A stretch of 64,000 nucleotides of DNA. Origin: Eledone cirrhosa. Its lineage: Eukaryota. A program made the translations under genes and the position numbers. Where the stretch lies: positions 22,196,001-22,260,000 of the forward strand of contig OZ024741.1 of the NCBI GenBank assembly GCA_964016885.1, read 5' to 3'. Of the stretch, positions 24,401 to 36,989 are shown piece by piece (the stretch's first letter is position 1; every line of letters begins with the position of its first letter). The notes under the pieces were generated by a model, which made no database searches, was not told the origin of the DNA, and saw only the letters and a list, made by a program, of their open reading frames with translations.

Positions 24401-27400
24401 GCCCATAGTATCAGAGCTTTGATCTCTCAATTCAGAGTAGCAGGGGCTTTACCTGGAGTTACACTCCAGCGATTCTTTCCTGAGACATTCTAACCACATG
24501 CCCATAGTATCAGAGCTTTGATCTCTCAATTCAGAGTAGCAGGGCTTTACCTGGAGTAACACTCCAGCGATTCTTTCCTGAGACATTCTAACCACATGCC
24601 CATAGTATCAGAGCTGTGATCTCTCAAGTCAGAGAAGTAGGGACTTTACTTGGAGTTACTCTCCATCGATTCTTTCCTGAGACATTCTAACCACATGCCC
24701 ATAGTATCGGAGCTGTGATCTCTCAATTCAGAGAAGTAGGCGCTTTACCTGGAGTTACTCTCCAGCGATTCTTTCCTGAGACATTCTAACCACATGCCCA
24801 TAGTATCAGAGCTGTGATCTCTCAATTCATAGAAGTAGGCGCGTTACCTGGAGTTACTCTCCAGCGATTCTTTCCTGAAACTTTCTAACCACATGCCCAT
24901 AGTATCGGAACTGTGATCTCTCAATTCGGAGAATTAGGGAGATTACTTGGAGTTACACTCCAGTGATTATTTCCTGAGACATTCTAACCACACGTCCATA
25001 GTATCGGAGCTGTTATCTCTCAGTTCGGAGAAGTAGGGACTTTACCTGGAGTTACTCTCCAGCGATTCTTTCCTGAGATATTCTAACCACATGCCCATAG
25101 TATCAGAGCCTTGATCTCTCAATTAAGAGAAGTAGGGACTTTACCTGGAGTTACTCTCCAGCGATTCTTTCCTGAGCCATTCTAACCACATGCCCATAGT
25201 ATCAGAGCCTTGATCTCTCAATTCAGAGAAGTAGGGACTTTACCTGGAGTTACTCTCCAGCGATTCTTTCCTGAGACATTCTAACCACATGCCCAAAGTA
25301 TCAGAGCTGTGATCTCTCAATTCAGAGAAGTAGGGACTTTACTTGGAGTTACACTCCAGTGATTATTTCCTGAGACATTCTAACCACATGTCCATAGTAT
25401 CGGAGCTGTGATCTCTCAATTCAGAGAAGTAGGGGCTTTACCTGGAGTTACTCTCCAGTGATTATTTCCCGAGACATTCTAACCGCATGCCCATATTATC
25501 AGAGCTGTGATCTCTCAATTCGGAGAAGTAGGGACTTTACTTGGAGTTACACTCCAGTGATTCTTTCCTGAGACTTTCTAACCACATGCCCATAGTATCG
25601 GAGCTGTGATCTCTCAATTCGGAGAAGTAGGGACATTACTTGGAGTTACACTCCAGTGATTATTTCCTGAGACATTCTAACAACACGTCCATAGTATCGG
25701 AGCTGTTATCTCTCAATTCAGAGAAGTAGGGGCTTTACTTGGAGTTACACTCCAGTGATTCTTTCCTGAAACATTATAACCACATGCCCATAGTATCGGA
25801 GCTGTGATCTCTCAATTCGGAGAAGTAGGGACTTTACTTGGAGTTACACTCCAGTGATTATTTCCTGAGACATTCTAACCACATTCCCATAGTATTAGAG
25901 CCTTGATCTCTCAATTCAGAGAAGTAGGGGCTTTACCTGGAGTTACTCTCCAGTGTTTCTTTCCTGAGACATTCTAACCACATGCCCATAGTATCAGAGC
26001 CTTGATCTCTCAATTCAGAGAAGTAGGGGCTTTACCTGGAGTTACTCTCCAGTGTTTCTTTCCTGAGACATTCTAACCACATGGCCATAGTATCAGAGCT
26101 TTGATCTCTCAACTCAGAGTAGCAGGGGCTTTACCTGGAGTTACTCTCCAGTGATTATTTCCTGAGACATTCTAACTGCATGCCCATAGTATCAGAGCCT
26201 TGATCTCTAAATTCAGAGAAGTAGGGGCTTTACCTGGAGTTACTCTCCAGCAATTCTTTCCTGAGACATTATAACCACATGCCCATAGTATCTGAGCTGT
26301 GATCTCTCAATTCAGAGAAGTAGGGGCTTTACCTGGAGTTACTCTCCAGTGTTTCTTTCCTGAGACATTCTAACCACATGTCCATAGTATCAGAGCTTTG
26401 ATCTCTCAACTCAGAGTAGCAGGGGCTTTAGCTGGAGTTACTCTCCAGTGATTCTTTCCTGAGACATTCTAACTGCATGCCCATAGTATCAGAGCCTTGA
26501 TCTCTAAATTCAGAGAAGTAGGGGCTTTACCTGGAGTTACTCTCCAGCAATTCTTTCCTGAGACATTATAACCACATGCCCATAGTATCTGAGCTGTGAT
26601 CTCTCAATTCAGAGAAGTAGGGGCTTTACCTGGAGTTACTCTCCAGTGATTATTTCCTGAGACATTCTAACCACATGCCCATAGTATCAGAGCCTTGATC
26701 TCTCAATTAAGAGAAGTAGGGACTTTACCTGGAGTTACTCTCCAGTGATTCTTTCCTGAGACATTCTAACCACATGCCCATAGTATCAGAGCTGTGATCT
26801 CTCAATTCAGAGTCGCAGGGGCTTTACCTGGAGTTACTCTCCAGTGATTCTTTCCTGAGACTTTCTAACCACATGCCCATAGTATCGGAGCTGTGATCTC
26901 TCAATTCGGAGAAGTAGGGACATTACTTGGAGTTACACTCCAGTGATTATTTCCTGAGACATTCTAACAACACGTCCATAGTATCGGAGCTGTTATCTCT
27001 CAATTCAGAGAAGTAGGGGCTTTACTTGGAGTTACACTCCAGTGATTCTTTCCTGAAACATTATAACCACATGCCCATAGTATCGGAGCTGTGATCTCTC
27101 AATTCGGAGAAGTAGGGACTTTACTTGGAGTTACACTCCAGTGATTATTTCCTGAGACATTCTAACCACATTCCCATAGTATTAGAGCCTTGATCTCTCA
27201 ATTCAGAGAAGTAGGGGCTTTACCTGGAGTTACTCTCCAGTGTTTCTTTCCTGAGACATTCTAACCACATGCCCATAGTATCAGAGCCTTGATCTCTCAA
27301 TTCAGAGAAGTAGGGGCTTTACCTGGAGTTACTCTCCAGTGTTTCTTTCCTGAGACATTCTAACCACATGGCCATAGTATCAGAGCTTTGATCTCTCAAC

Positions 27401-30400
27401 TCAGAGTAGCAGGGGCTTTACCTGGAGTTACTCTCCAGTGATTATTTCCTGAGACATTCTAACTGCATGCCCATAGTATCAGAGCCTTGATCTCTAAATT
27501 CAGAGAAGTAGGGGCTTTACCTGGAGTTACTCTCCAGCAATTCTTTCCTGAGACATTATAACCACATGCCCATAGTATCTGAGCTGTGATCTCTCAATTC
27601 AGAGAAGTAGGGGCTTTACCTGGAGTTACTCTCCAGTGTTTCTTTCCTGAGACATTCTAACCACATGTCCATAGTATCAGAGCTTTGATCTCTCAACTCA
27701 GAGTAGCAGGGGCTTTAGCTGGAGTTACTCTCCAGTGATTCTTTCCTGAGACATTCTAACTGCATGCCCATAGTATCAGAGCCTTGATCTCTAAATTCAG
27801 AGAAGTAGGGGCTTTACCTGGAGTTACTCTCCAGCAATTCTTTCCTGAGACATTATAACCACATGCCCATAGTATCTGAGCTGTGATCTCTCAATTCAGA
27901 GAAGTAGGGGCTTTACCTGGAGTTACTCTCCAGTGTTTCTTTCCTGAGACATTCTAACCACATGGCCATAGTATCAGAGCTTTGATCTCTCAACTCAGAG
28001 TAGCAGGGGCTTTAGCTGGAGTTACTCTCCAGTGATTCTTTCCTGAGACATTCTAACTGCATGCCCATAGTATCAGAGCCTTGATCTCTAAATTCAGAGA
28101 AGTAGGGGCTTTACCTGGAGTTACTCTCCAGCAATTCTTTCCTGAGACATTATAACCACATGCCCATAGTATCTGAGCTGTGATCTCTCAATTCAGAGAA
28201 GTAGGGGCTTTACCTGGAGTTACTCTCCAGTGATTATTTCCTGAGACATTCTAACCACATGCCCATAGTATCAGAGCCTTGATCTCTCAATTAAGAGAAG
28301 TAGGGACTTTACCTGGAGTTACTCTCCAGTGATTCTTTCCTGAGACATTCTAACCACATGCCCATAGTATCAGAGCTGTGATCTCTCAATTCAGAGTCGC
28401 AGGGGCTTTACCTGGAGTTACTCTCCAGTGATTCTTTCCTGAGACATTATAACCTCATGCCCATAGTATCAGCACTGTGATCTCTCAATTCAGAGAAGTA
28501 GGCGCTTTACCTGGAGTTACTCTCTAGCCATTCTTTCCTGAGACATTCTAACCACATGCCCATAGTATCATAGCCTTGATCTCTCAATTCGGAGAAGTAG
28601 GGACATTACTTGGAGTTACATTCCAGTGATTATTTCCTGAGACATTCTAACAACACGTCCATAGTATCGGAGCTGTTATCTCTCAATTCGGAGAAGTAGG
28701 GACTTTACCTGGCGTTACTCTCCAGTGATTCTTTCCTGAGACATTCTAACCACATGCCCATAGTCTCAGAAATGTGATCTCTCAATTCGGAGATGTAGGG
28801 ACTTTACTTGGAGTTACACTCCAGTGATTCTTTCCTGAGACATTCTAACCACATGCCCATAGTATCAGAGCTTTGATCTCTCAATTCAGAGTAGCAGGGG
28901 CTTTACCTGGAGTTACACTCCAGCGATTCTTTCCTGAGACATTCTAACCACATGCCCATAGTATCAGAGCTTTGATCTCTCAATTCAGAGTAGCAGGGCT
29001 TTACCTGGAGTAACACTCCAGCGATTCTTTCCTGAGACATTCTAACCACATGCCCATAGTATCAGAGCTGTGATCTCTCAAGTTAGAGAAGTAGGGACTT
29101 TACTTGGAGTTACTCTCCATCGATTCTTTCCTGAGACATTCTAACCACATGCCCATAGTATCGGAGCTGTGATCTCTCAATTCAGAGAAGTAGGCGCTTT
29201 ACCTGGAGTTACTCTCCAGCGATTCTTTCCTGAGACATTCTAACCACATGCCCATAGTATCAGAGCTGTGATCTCTCAATTCATAGAAGTAGGCGCGTTA
29301 CCTGGAGTTACTCTCCAGCGATTCTTTCCTGAAACTTTCTAACCACATGCCCATAGTATCGGAACTGTGATCTCTCAATTCGGAGAATTAGGGAGATTAC
29401 TTGGAGTTACACTCCAGTGATTATTTCCTGAGACATTCTAACCACACGTCCATAGTATCGGAGCTGTTATCTCTCAGTTCGGAGAAGTAGGGACTTTACC
29501 TGGAGTTACTCTCCAGCGATTCTTTCCTGAGATATTCTAACCACATGCCCATAGTATCAGAGCCTTGATCTCTCAATTAAGAGAAGTAGGGACTTTACCT
29601 GGAGTTACTCTCCAGCGATTCTTTCCTGAGCCATTCTAACCACATGCCCATAGTATCAGAGCCTTGATCTCTCAATTAAGAGAAGTAGGGACTTTACCTG
29701 GAGTTACTCTCCAGCGATTCTTTCCTGAGCCATTCTAACCACATGCCCATAGTATCAGAGCTTTGATCTCTCAATTCAGAGAAGTAGGGGCTTTACCTGG
29801 AGCTACTCTCCAGCAATTCTTTCCTGAGACATTATAACCCCATGCCCATAGTATCAGAGCTGTGATCTCTCAATTCAGAGAAGTAGGGGCTTTACCTGGA
29901 GTTACTCGCCAGTGATTCTTTCCTGAGACATTCTAACCACATGGCCATAGTATCAGAGCTGTGATCTCTCAATTCGGAGAAGTAGGGACTTTACTTGGAG
30001 CTACACTCCAGTGATTCTTTCCTGAGATATTCTAACCACATGCCCATAGTATCAGAGCCTTGATCTCTCAATTAAGAGAAGTAGGGACTTTACCTGGAGT
30101 TACTCTCCAGTGATTATTTCCTGAGACATTCTAACCACATGCCCATAGTATCGGAGCTGTGATCTCTCAATTCGGAGATTAGGGGCATTACCTGGAGTTA
30201 CTCTCCAGCGATTCTTTCCTGAGACATTCTAACCACATGCCCATAGTATCAGAGCTGTGATCTCTCAATTCAGAGAAGTAGGGGCTTTACCTGGAGTTAC
30301 TCTCCAGCGTTTCTTTCCTGAGACATTCTAACCCCATGCCCAAAGTATCAGAGCTGTTATCTCTCAATTCGGAGAGGTAGGGTCTTTACCTGGAGTTACT

Positions 30401-32873
30401 CTACAGTGATTCTTTCCTGAGACATTATAACCACATGCCCATAGTATCGGAGCTTTGATCTCTCAATTCAGAGTCGCAGGGGCTTTACCTGGAGTTACTC
30501 TCCAGTGATTCTTTCCTGAGACATTATAACCACATGCCCATAGTATCAGCGCTGTGATCTCTCAATTCAGAGAAGTAGGCGCTTTACCTGGAGTTACTCT
30601 CCAGCGATTCTTTCCTGAGACATTGTAACCACATGCCCATAGTCTCGGAACTGTGATCTCTCAATTCGGAGAAGTAGGGACTTTACCTGGAGTTACACTC
30701 CAGTGATTCTTTTATGAGACATTATAACCACATACCCATAGTATCGGAGCTGTGATCTCTCAATTCGGAGAAGTAGGGACTTTACTTGGAGTTACACTCC
30801 AGTGATTCTTTCCTGAGACATTCTAACCACATGCCCATAGTGTCAGAGCTGTGATCTCTCAATTCAGAGAAGTAGGGGCTTTACCTGGAGTTACTCTCCA
30901 GCGATTCTTTCCTGAGAGATTCTAACGACATGCCCATAGTATCAGAGCTGTGATCTCTCAATTCAGAGAAGTAGGGGCTTTACCTGGAGTTACTCTCCAG
31001 TGTTTCTTTCCTGAGACATTCTAACCACATGGCCATAGTATCAGAGCTTTGATCTCTCAACTCAGAGTAGCAGAGGTTTTAGCTGGAGTTACTCTCCAGT
31101 GATTCTTTCCTGAGACATTCTAACTGCATGCCCAAAGTATCAGAGCTGTGATATCTCAATTCAGAGAAGTAGGGACTTTACATGGAGTTACACTCCAGTG
31201 ATTATTTCCTGAGACATTCTAACCACATGTCCATAGTATCGGAGCTGTGATCTCTCAATTCAGAGTCGCAGGGGCTTTACCTGGAGTTACTCTCCAGCAA
31301 TTCTTTCCTCAGACATTATAACCACATGCCCATAGTATCAGAGCTGTGATCTCTCAATTCTGAGAAGTAGGGGCTTTACCTGGAGTTACTCTCCAGCAAT
31401 TCTTTCCTGAGACATTATAACCACATGCCCATAGTATCAGAGCCTTGATCTCTCAATTCTGAGAAGTAGGGGCTTTACCTGGAGTTACTCGCCAGTGATT
31501 CTTTCCTGAGACATTCTAACCACATGGCCATAGTATCAGAGTTATGATCTCTCAATTCGGAGAAGTAGGGACTTTACCTGGAGTTACTCTCCAGCGATTC
31601 TTTCCTGAGACGTTCTAACCACATGCCCATAGTATCAGAGCCTTGATCTCTCAATTCAGAGAAGTAGGGGCTTTACCTGGAGTTACTCGCCAGTGATTCT
31701 TTCCTGAGACATTCTAAACACATGACCATAGTATCAGAGCTGTGATCTCTCAATTCAGAGAAGTAGGGGCTTTACCTGGAGTTACTCTCCTGCAATTCTT
31801 TCCTGAGACATTATAACCACATGCCCATAGTATCAGAGCTGTGATCTCTCAATTCAGAGAAGTAGGGGCTTTACCTGGAGTTACTCTCCCGTGATTATTT
31901 CCTGAGACATTCTAACCACATGCCCATAGTATCAGAGCTTTGATCTCTCAATTCAGAGTAGCAGGGGCTTTACCTGGAGTTACTCTCCAGTGATTCTTTC
32001 CTGAGACATTCTAACCCCATGCCCATAGTATCAGAGCTGTGATCTCTCAATTCAGAGAAGTAGGGACTTTACCTGGAGTTACTCTCCAGCGATTCTTTCC
32101 TGAGACATTCTAACCACATGCCCAAAGTATCAGAGCTGTGATCTCTCAATTCGGAGAAGTAGGGACTTTACTTGGAGTTACACTCCAGTGATTCTTTCCT
32201 GAGACATTCTAACCACATGCACATAGTATCGGAGCTGTGATCTTTCAATTCGGAGAAGTGGGGACATTACTTGGAGTTACACTCCAGTGATTATTTCCTG
32301 AGACATTCTAACCACATTCCCATAGTATCAGAGCTGTGATCTCTCAATTAAGAGAAGTAGGGGCTTTACCTGGAGTTACTCTCCTGTGATTATTTCCTGA
32401 GACATTCTAACCACATGCCCATAGTATCAGAGCTGTCATCTCTCAAGTCAGAGAAGTAGGGGCTTTACCTGGAGTTACTCTCCAGTGATTATTTCCTGAG
32501 ACATTCTAACCACATGCCCATAGTATCAGAGCTGTGATCTCTCAATTCAGAGAAGTAGGGACTTTACTTGGAGTTACTCTCCAGTGATTATTTCCTGAGA
32601 CATTTTAACCACATGCCCATAGTATCAGAGCTGTGATCTCTTAATTCAGAGAAGTAGGGACTTTACTTGGAGTTACTCTCCAGTGATTATTTCCTGAGAC
32701 ATTTTAACCACATGCCCATAGTATCAGAGCTGTGATCTCTTAATTCAGAGAAGTAGGGACTTTACTTGGAGTTACTCTCCAGTGATTCTTTCCTGAGACA
32801 TTCTAACCACATGCCCATAGTATCAGAGCTGTGATCTCTTAATTCAGAGAAGGAGCGACTCTACCTGGAGTGA
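9423..32873. repeat. 99-bp satellite, ~237 copies, derived from RTE RT C-terminal coding sequence
   Basis: cctgag recurs at 9435, 9534, 9633...; minus-strand unit translates LQVKSLLLRIERSQLRYYGHVVRMSQERITGE*. Confidence 0.97.
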
Positions 32874-33126
32874 GTCACTGATCTCCGAGTTACGCAGTCG
32901 ATCGAGTAACGTTACTTCAAAGACTCTTCGAAGGAACCCCATTTTGTGTGCTTGTATTCCCGATCGTATTCTTTCGGTCATTACCCAAGATTCATTACCT
33001 CAGGTAAGGGTAGGCACAAACGCTGTATTGAAGATACCAAGTTTTTTTTTACACCTACCCACTTCTTCTGATTACTGAATGCTGAAGCTAGTTCATTATT
33101 GTACCAGTTCCTGCAATTCTTGCAAC

Positions 33127-33838
33127 TGTAACGGAATACTCCTATGTTTTACCTGGCGAAGATTCGAAACCTCTAAAACCACCTATTGTTGGGAGTTCCC
33201 ACCATTGTCCTGTCAAGAGACGACTATGATAAACATATATACCACTTGACTTGTGACCCCAGGTTCTGGAAAGATGGAACACACATGGCTACTCCTAAAT
33301 CAACCCATATACACATCCTTCTAGCTATAGGGTTATTATAAATACAGGGAATCCACCAGACATACCCCGAAGCAGCAGTCCATGAGTGGTTAACGATGTA
33401 GTCATTTACTTTCTACAGACCTTTTACTCTCTCTCTCTCTCCTGGCCTTACAGGCTCTCACATTTCATACCAGCTCGGCAAATTGACCAACTACAAAAAA
33501 ACAACCTATGCTAAGGATAAACACAAACATACACCCACAGTAAGTTTCATTATATTTTTCCCTACTACAATTTATCTATCCTTTCGCCTCCCTGTCATTT
33601 CACTTCTATTGTATCGTTTTATTTAGCATACACGCTAGCTCGACGTAGCTAGTAAGAAAATAATGTAGTGATAATTGCTGTCATGATTTTATTACTCGAC
33701 ATTCAATGTACCAACAAGTGAATTTTGTTATTGTAAAATAAACATTGTTAACATCATAATTCCGGCATCATTCTTTTTATCATTCGGCCTGAAAAGAATA
33801 CATTTATCCACTACATAATGGTGACCCCTATCACTACA
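33127..33838 (+). mobile_element. LTR-like sequence plus PBS (Gypsy-type), copy 1, no internal genes
   Basis: Starts TGTAAC, TATA-like tataaata ~33337, AATAAA ~33737, ends cactaCA at 33815, then taa TGGTGACCCC (matches tRNA-Trp 3' end); direct repeat of 36101-36924. Confidence 0.7.
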
Positions 33839-34341
33839 CACTTAACTCAGCTTTCTGCCTTCCATCGTGAACACGGCCCAGAGATACTTGAACTTCTCCA
33901 CCTGCTTCAGTGAAACTCCACTCACACTCACATTAGCTGAAGAAATTTATTTTTACCCAACTTAACACACAGAATTCCCATAATAATATAAAAAAATCAA
34001 ATGATTATTTTTTTTAAAAAATACTATAGAAAATCTTTTTGATCCTTTTTCCAACCCAATTAGTTTTCTGATTCAAGACAAAATTAAAAAAAAAATGTTT
34101 TTTTTCAAAATAGAAACCTTTGTCGTCACGTCCATTGGTAGTTTTACTTTAATGAAATATTGAAATTAATTCTCTAAATACTAAAGCGTGAATTCGTATA
34201 TTTGACTTATGTATGTCTACATAAGCATATGTTTACATGTCTTACATGTGTGTATATTTAATGTATGTACGTGTACATAAGCATACGTTTGTATGTCTGT
34301 CTGTGAATATTTACTTATGTACGTCTACATAAGCATACGTT

Positions 34342-34376
<35 letters not shown>

Positions 34377-34639
34377 TTACTTATTACAAACTAAAATGTT
34401 GATATGTTTGACATATTTTCACAATTGCGTTAATGGTATAACAATTTGTAATGTTATTTATACAACTGTGAATAAAATATATATTTTTATATACATATAT
34501 AACTGCATGGGAAGGTGGAGAGTGAGTATAGTGTGTCTTGTACAACATGTGTGGGACGTACCTCCCCTATGACGTCACTGACCTTATACAACCGGCATGG
34601 CCCCCAGTCCAACGGTGTAACCTTTTTAATCAGCTTTTA

Positions 34640-34890
34640 TTTTGTATAAAGCCCAGCTTCTCAAATGTGGAGCTGAAACAGTAAGTTATAAAGAGGGATA
34701 ACTGACCAAGTATCAGCCGCTGTTGTGGTAGAGCCTGTAGCAGTGGAGACTTCCGGCGTTCTTGGCCCCCGGACCACAATCCCTATTCTGTTATCGGAAC
34801 GAGGCCTGCGAGGTGGAGTCGCTGTTTCAGCGTGTCTCCCTCGCCGTTCTCTTCTTCATCCTGTCGACCGTGTCAAAAGGTTCTCCAACA
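34640..34890 (+). mobile_element. CRE-like endonuclease C-terminal relic
   Basis: EPVAVETSGVLGPRT and, after a frameshift, ESLFQRVSLAV. Confidence 0.65.
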
Positions 34891-35456
34891 TGGCTACTCT
34901 GTCCACACCACTACCAATTGCAGTGCTAACAGGACCAGTGTTAGCCCTGTATACACAAGTAGTGTTAATCTTATTCGCTGTGCTTTTCACAATTTTGGCA
35001 GGGGTCTTTTCTGGCTAGATGCCCTCCCTATCACCAACTTCACAGCAGGGACTGGGTGCATTATTCGTGCCACCATCACTAGGGAAGTCTTACTGGACTT
35101 GAGAGTCCTCTCAAACCTATATCAGTTTTTATTCAGAGTGCCTACTCTCCTAGACAAGTTACCTTCACTACGACTTACGAAGTCCATGTCTGTCGTTTAC
35201 AGACATTTTTATTCGGAATCACTTGTGAAGTCCACATCTGCCTCGTGCCGTCATTCCTATCTGGAGTCACTGCCCTCTTGGACAGGCCGTCTTCCAACTA
35301 AAAAATCTTAAGAATTTGTTGAGTGCTCCAACCTGCACACCTCAGTATACAGGTTGGAGCACTCAACAAATTGCGCAGGTGGGTCTGTTTACTCCGGAGT
35401 AAAGTAAAAACAAGAAGTGTAAGTCAACAGGTTAAAATTAACTTCGTTTATTCATA

Positions 35457-35520
35457 TTCGCTACTATATATATTTCAGTGATAGCCATTATTCAACAGCT
35501 ATGACCTCATCAGGCAGGAA
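35457..35520 (-). ncRNA. Type I hammerhead ribozyme motif
   Basis: Minus strand: ttcctgc CTGATGA ggtcatagctgtt gaat aatggctatcact GAAA tatatata gtagcgaa, then AATAAA; all three stems pair, stem III is palindromic. Confidence 0.72.
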
Positions 35521-35654
35521 GAACTTGAACAGAAAAAACAGGAAAACACAATGTTGGAATAGATTTTATCTTGTTAATTCATTGATATGCCCAGATCCAG
35601 ATCCTAAGGAACTGAAAGCATATGATTTAGAATGAACGAATTTCAGCGTCCAAA

Positions 35655-35725
35655 GGATATGTCCTCCCCTCATTGGTAGGATATCATACCTCCCCTCATT
35701 GGTAGGATATCATACCTCCCCTCAG
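35655..35725. repeat. 26-bp tandem repeat, ~2.5 copies (cctcccctcattggtaggatatcata)
   Basis: Direct reading. Confidence 0.85.
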
Positions 35726-35784
35726 CCGAAAGTCTTTTGAAATTCTTCAATCACTTATCCGAGAACAAAATATTCTTTATGAAC

Positions 35785-35937
35785 TAATGTGAAGGAATTA
35801 GTCTGGTGTGAAGGAAGGAGTCTAATGTGAAGGAAGGAAGTAGTCTGGTGTGAAGTAAGTAGTCTGGTGTGAAGTAAGTAGTCTGGTGTGAAGGAAGGAA
35901 GTAGTCTGATGTGAAGGAAGTCTGATGTGAAGGAAGT
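35785..35937. repeat. Variable 16-23 bp minisatellite (gtgaagg..agtctggt)
   Basis: Direct reading, ~8 units. Confidence 0.85.
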
Positions 35938-36100
35938 GACAAATTAAACAAATAATCCCCGAAAGATTTCAAGCTCCAGGGAAATCACAGTATGCAGTTT
36001 ACGACCTGCATTAAATGGTTTAGTGTATATCTTATAGAATTGTTATATAGTTATCTATAGCTAATGAACACAACCAGAAGGATATGGTCCGAACGTGGAA

Positions 36101-36924
36101 ATGTTTTACCTAGCGAAGATTCGAAACCAAATCTGAGGGTTCTCGCCTCTAAAACCACCTATTGTTGGGAGTTCCCATCATTGTCCTGTCAAGAGACAAT
36201 TATGAAAAACGTATATACCACTTGACCTATGACCCCAGCTTCTTGACAAATGAAACACACATGGCTACCTACTCCTAAATCAACCCATATACACATCCTT
36301 CTAGCTATAGAATTACTATAAATACTTAGGGAATCCAACAGAGAGACCCCGAAGCAGCAGTCTGTAAGATGTTAACGATGTAGCCATTCACTATCTATAG
36401 ACCTTTTACTCTCTCTCTCTCCTGGCCTTACAGGCTCTCACATTTCATACCAGCTCGGCAGATTGACCAACTACAGGATAGACACACACGCAGTAGGTTT
36501 ACTTATATTTTCCCCTACTCTTTCGGCTTCCTGTTATTTCATTTCTATTGTATCGTTTTATTGATACATGCATACACGCTAGCTCGAAGTAGCTAGTCAG
36601 AAAATAATTGTTTCTACTTTTGGCACACTGCCAGCAATTGTCCCAGTGTATTACTGCTATTTTATTTTATCCACCCCGTAAGGATGAAAGGCAAAGTTAA
36701 CCACGGCAGGATTTGAACTCAGACCATAAAGGGCCGTAACTCTTTGCTGCAAACCTAGTCAGAAAATAATGTAGTGATAATTCACGATTTTGTTACTCGA
36801 TATTCAATGTACCAACAAGTGAATTTTGTTATTATAAAATAAACATTGTCGACATCACAATTCTTGCAACATTCTTTTTTATCGTTCATCTATTCACTAC
36901 ATAATGGTGACCTCCATCACTACA
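36101..36924 (+). mobile_element. LTR-like sequence plus PBS, copy 2 (interrupted by a SINE)
   Basis: Colinear with 33144-33838; ends cactaca taa TGGTGACC. Confidence 0.7.
36609..36754 (-). mobile_element. SINE family A inserted in LTR copy 2
   Basis: 16-bp TSD ctagtcagaaaataat; empty site seen in LTR copy 1 (~33649-33664). Confidence 0.9.
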
Positions 36925-36989
36925 AGCCGAACTCCCACTGTCATTGCTTCCATCTCTCTCGCCATCCCCATCTCTCTGTATGGTGAGCA

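Larger units (their letters stand above)
9285..33925 (-). mobile_element. Degenerate RTE LINE (second family) split by the 99-bp satellite and by an LTR-like insert
   Basis: 33850-33925 encodes GVSLKQVEKFKYL; 32874-33120 encodes ...VTLLDRLRNSEI; 9285-9430 encodes RITQQILRAKPTGRRPRGRPRARWLD; unamplified paralogue at 44008-44390. Confidence 0.85.

Noticed and set aside
9423-32873. CRISPR array or giant repeat protein
   Set aside because: Head-to-tail units with no unique spacers and no cas genes in a eukaryotic context; nearly every unit has an in-frame TAA and the ORF track is empty here
33127-36901. Intact LTR retrotransposon bounded by two LTRs
   Set aside because: Both repeats are followed by a PBS, no PPT or gag/pol lies between them, no shared TSD, and the interior is unrelated debris
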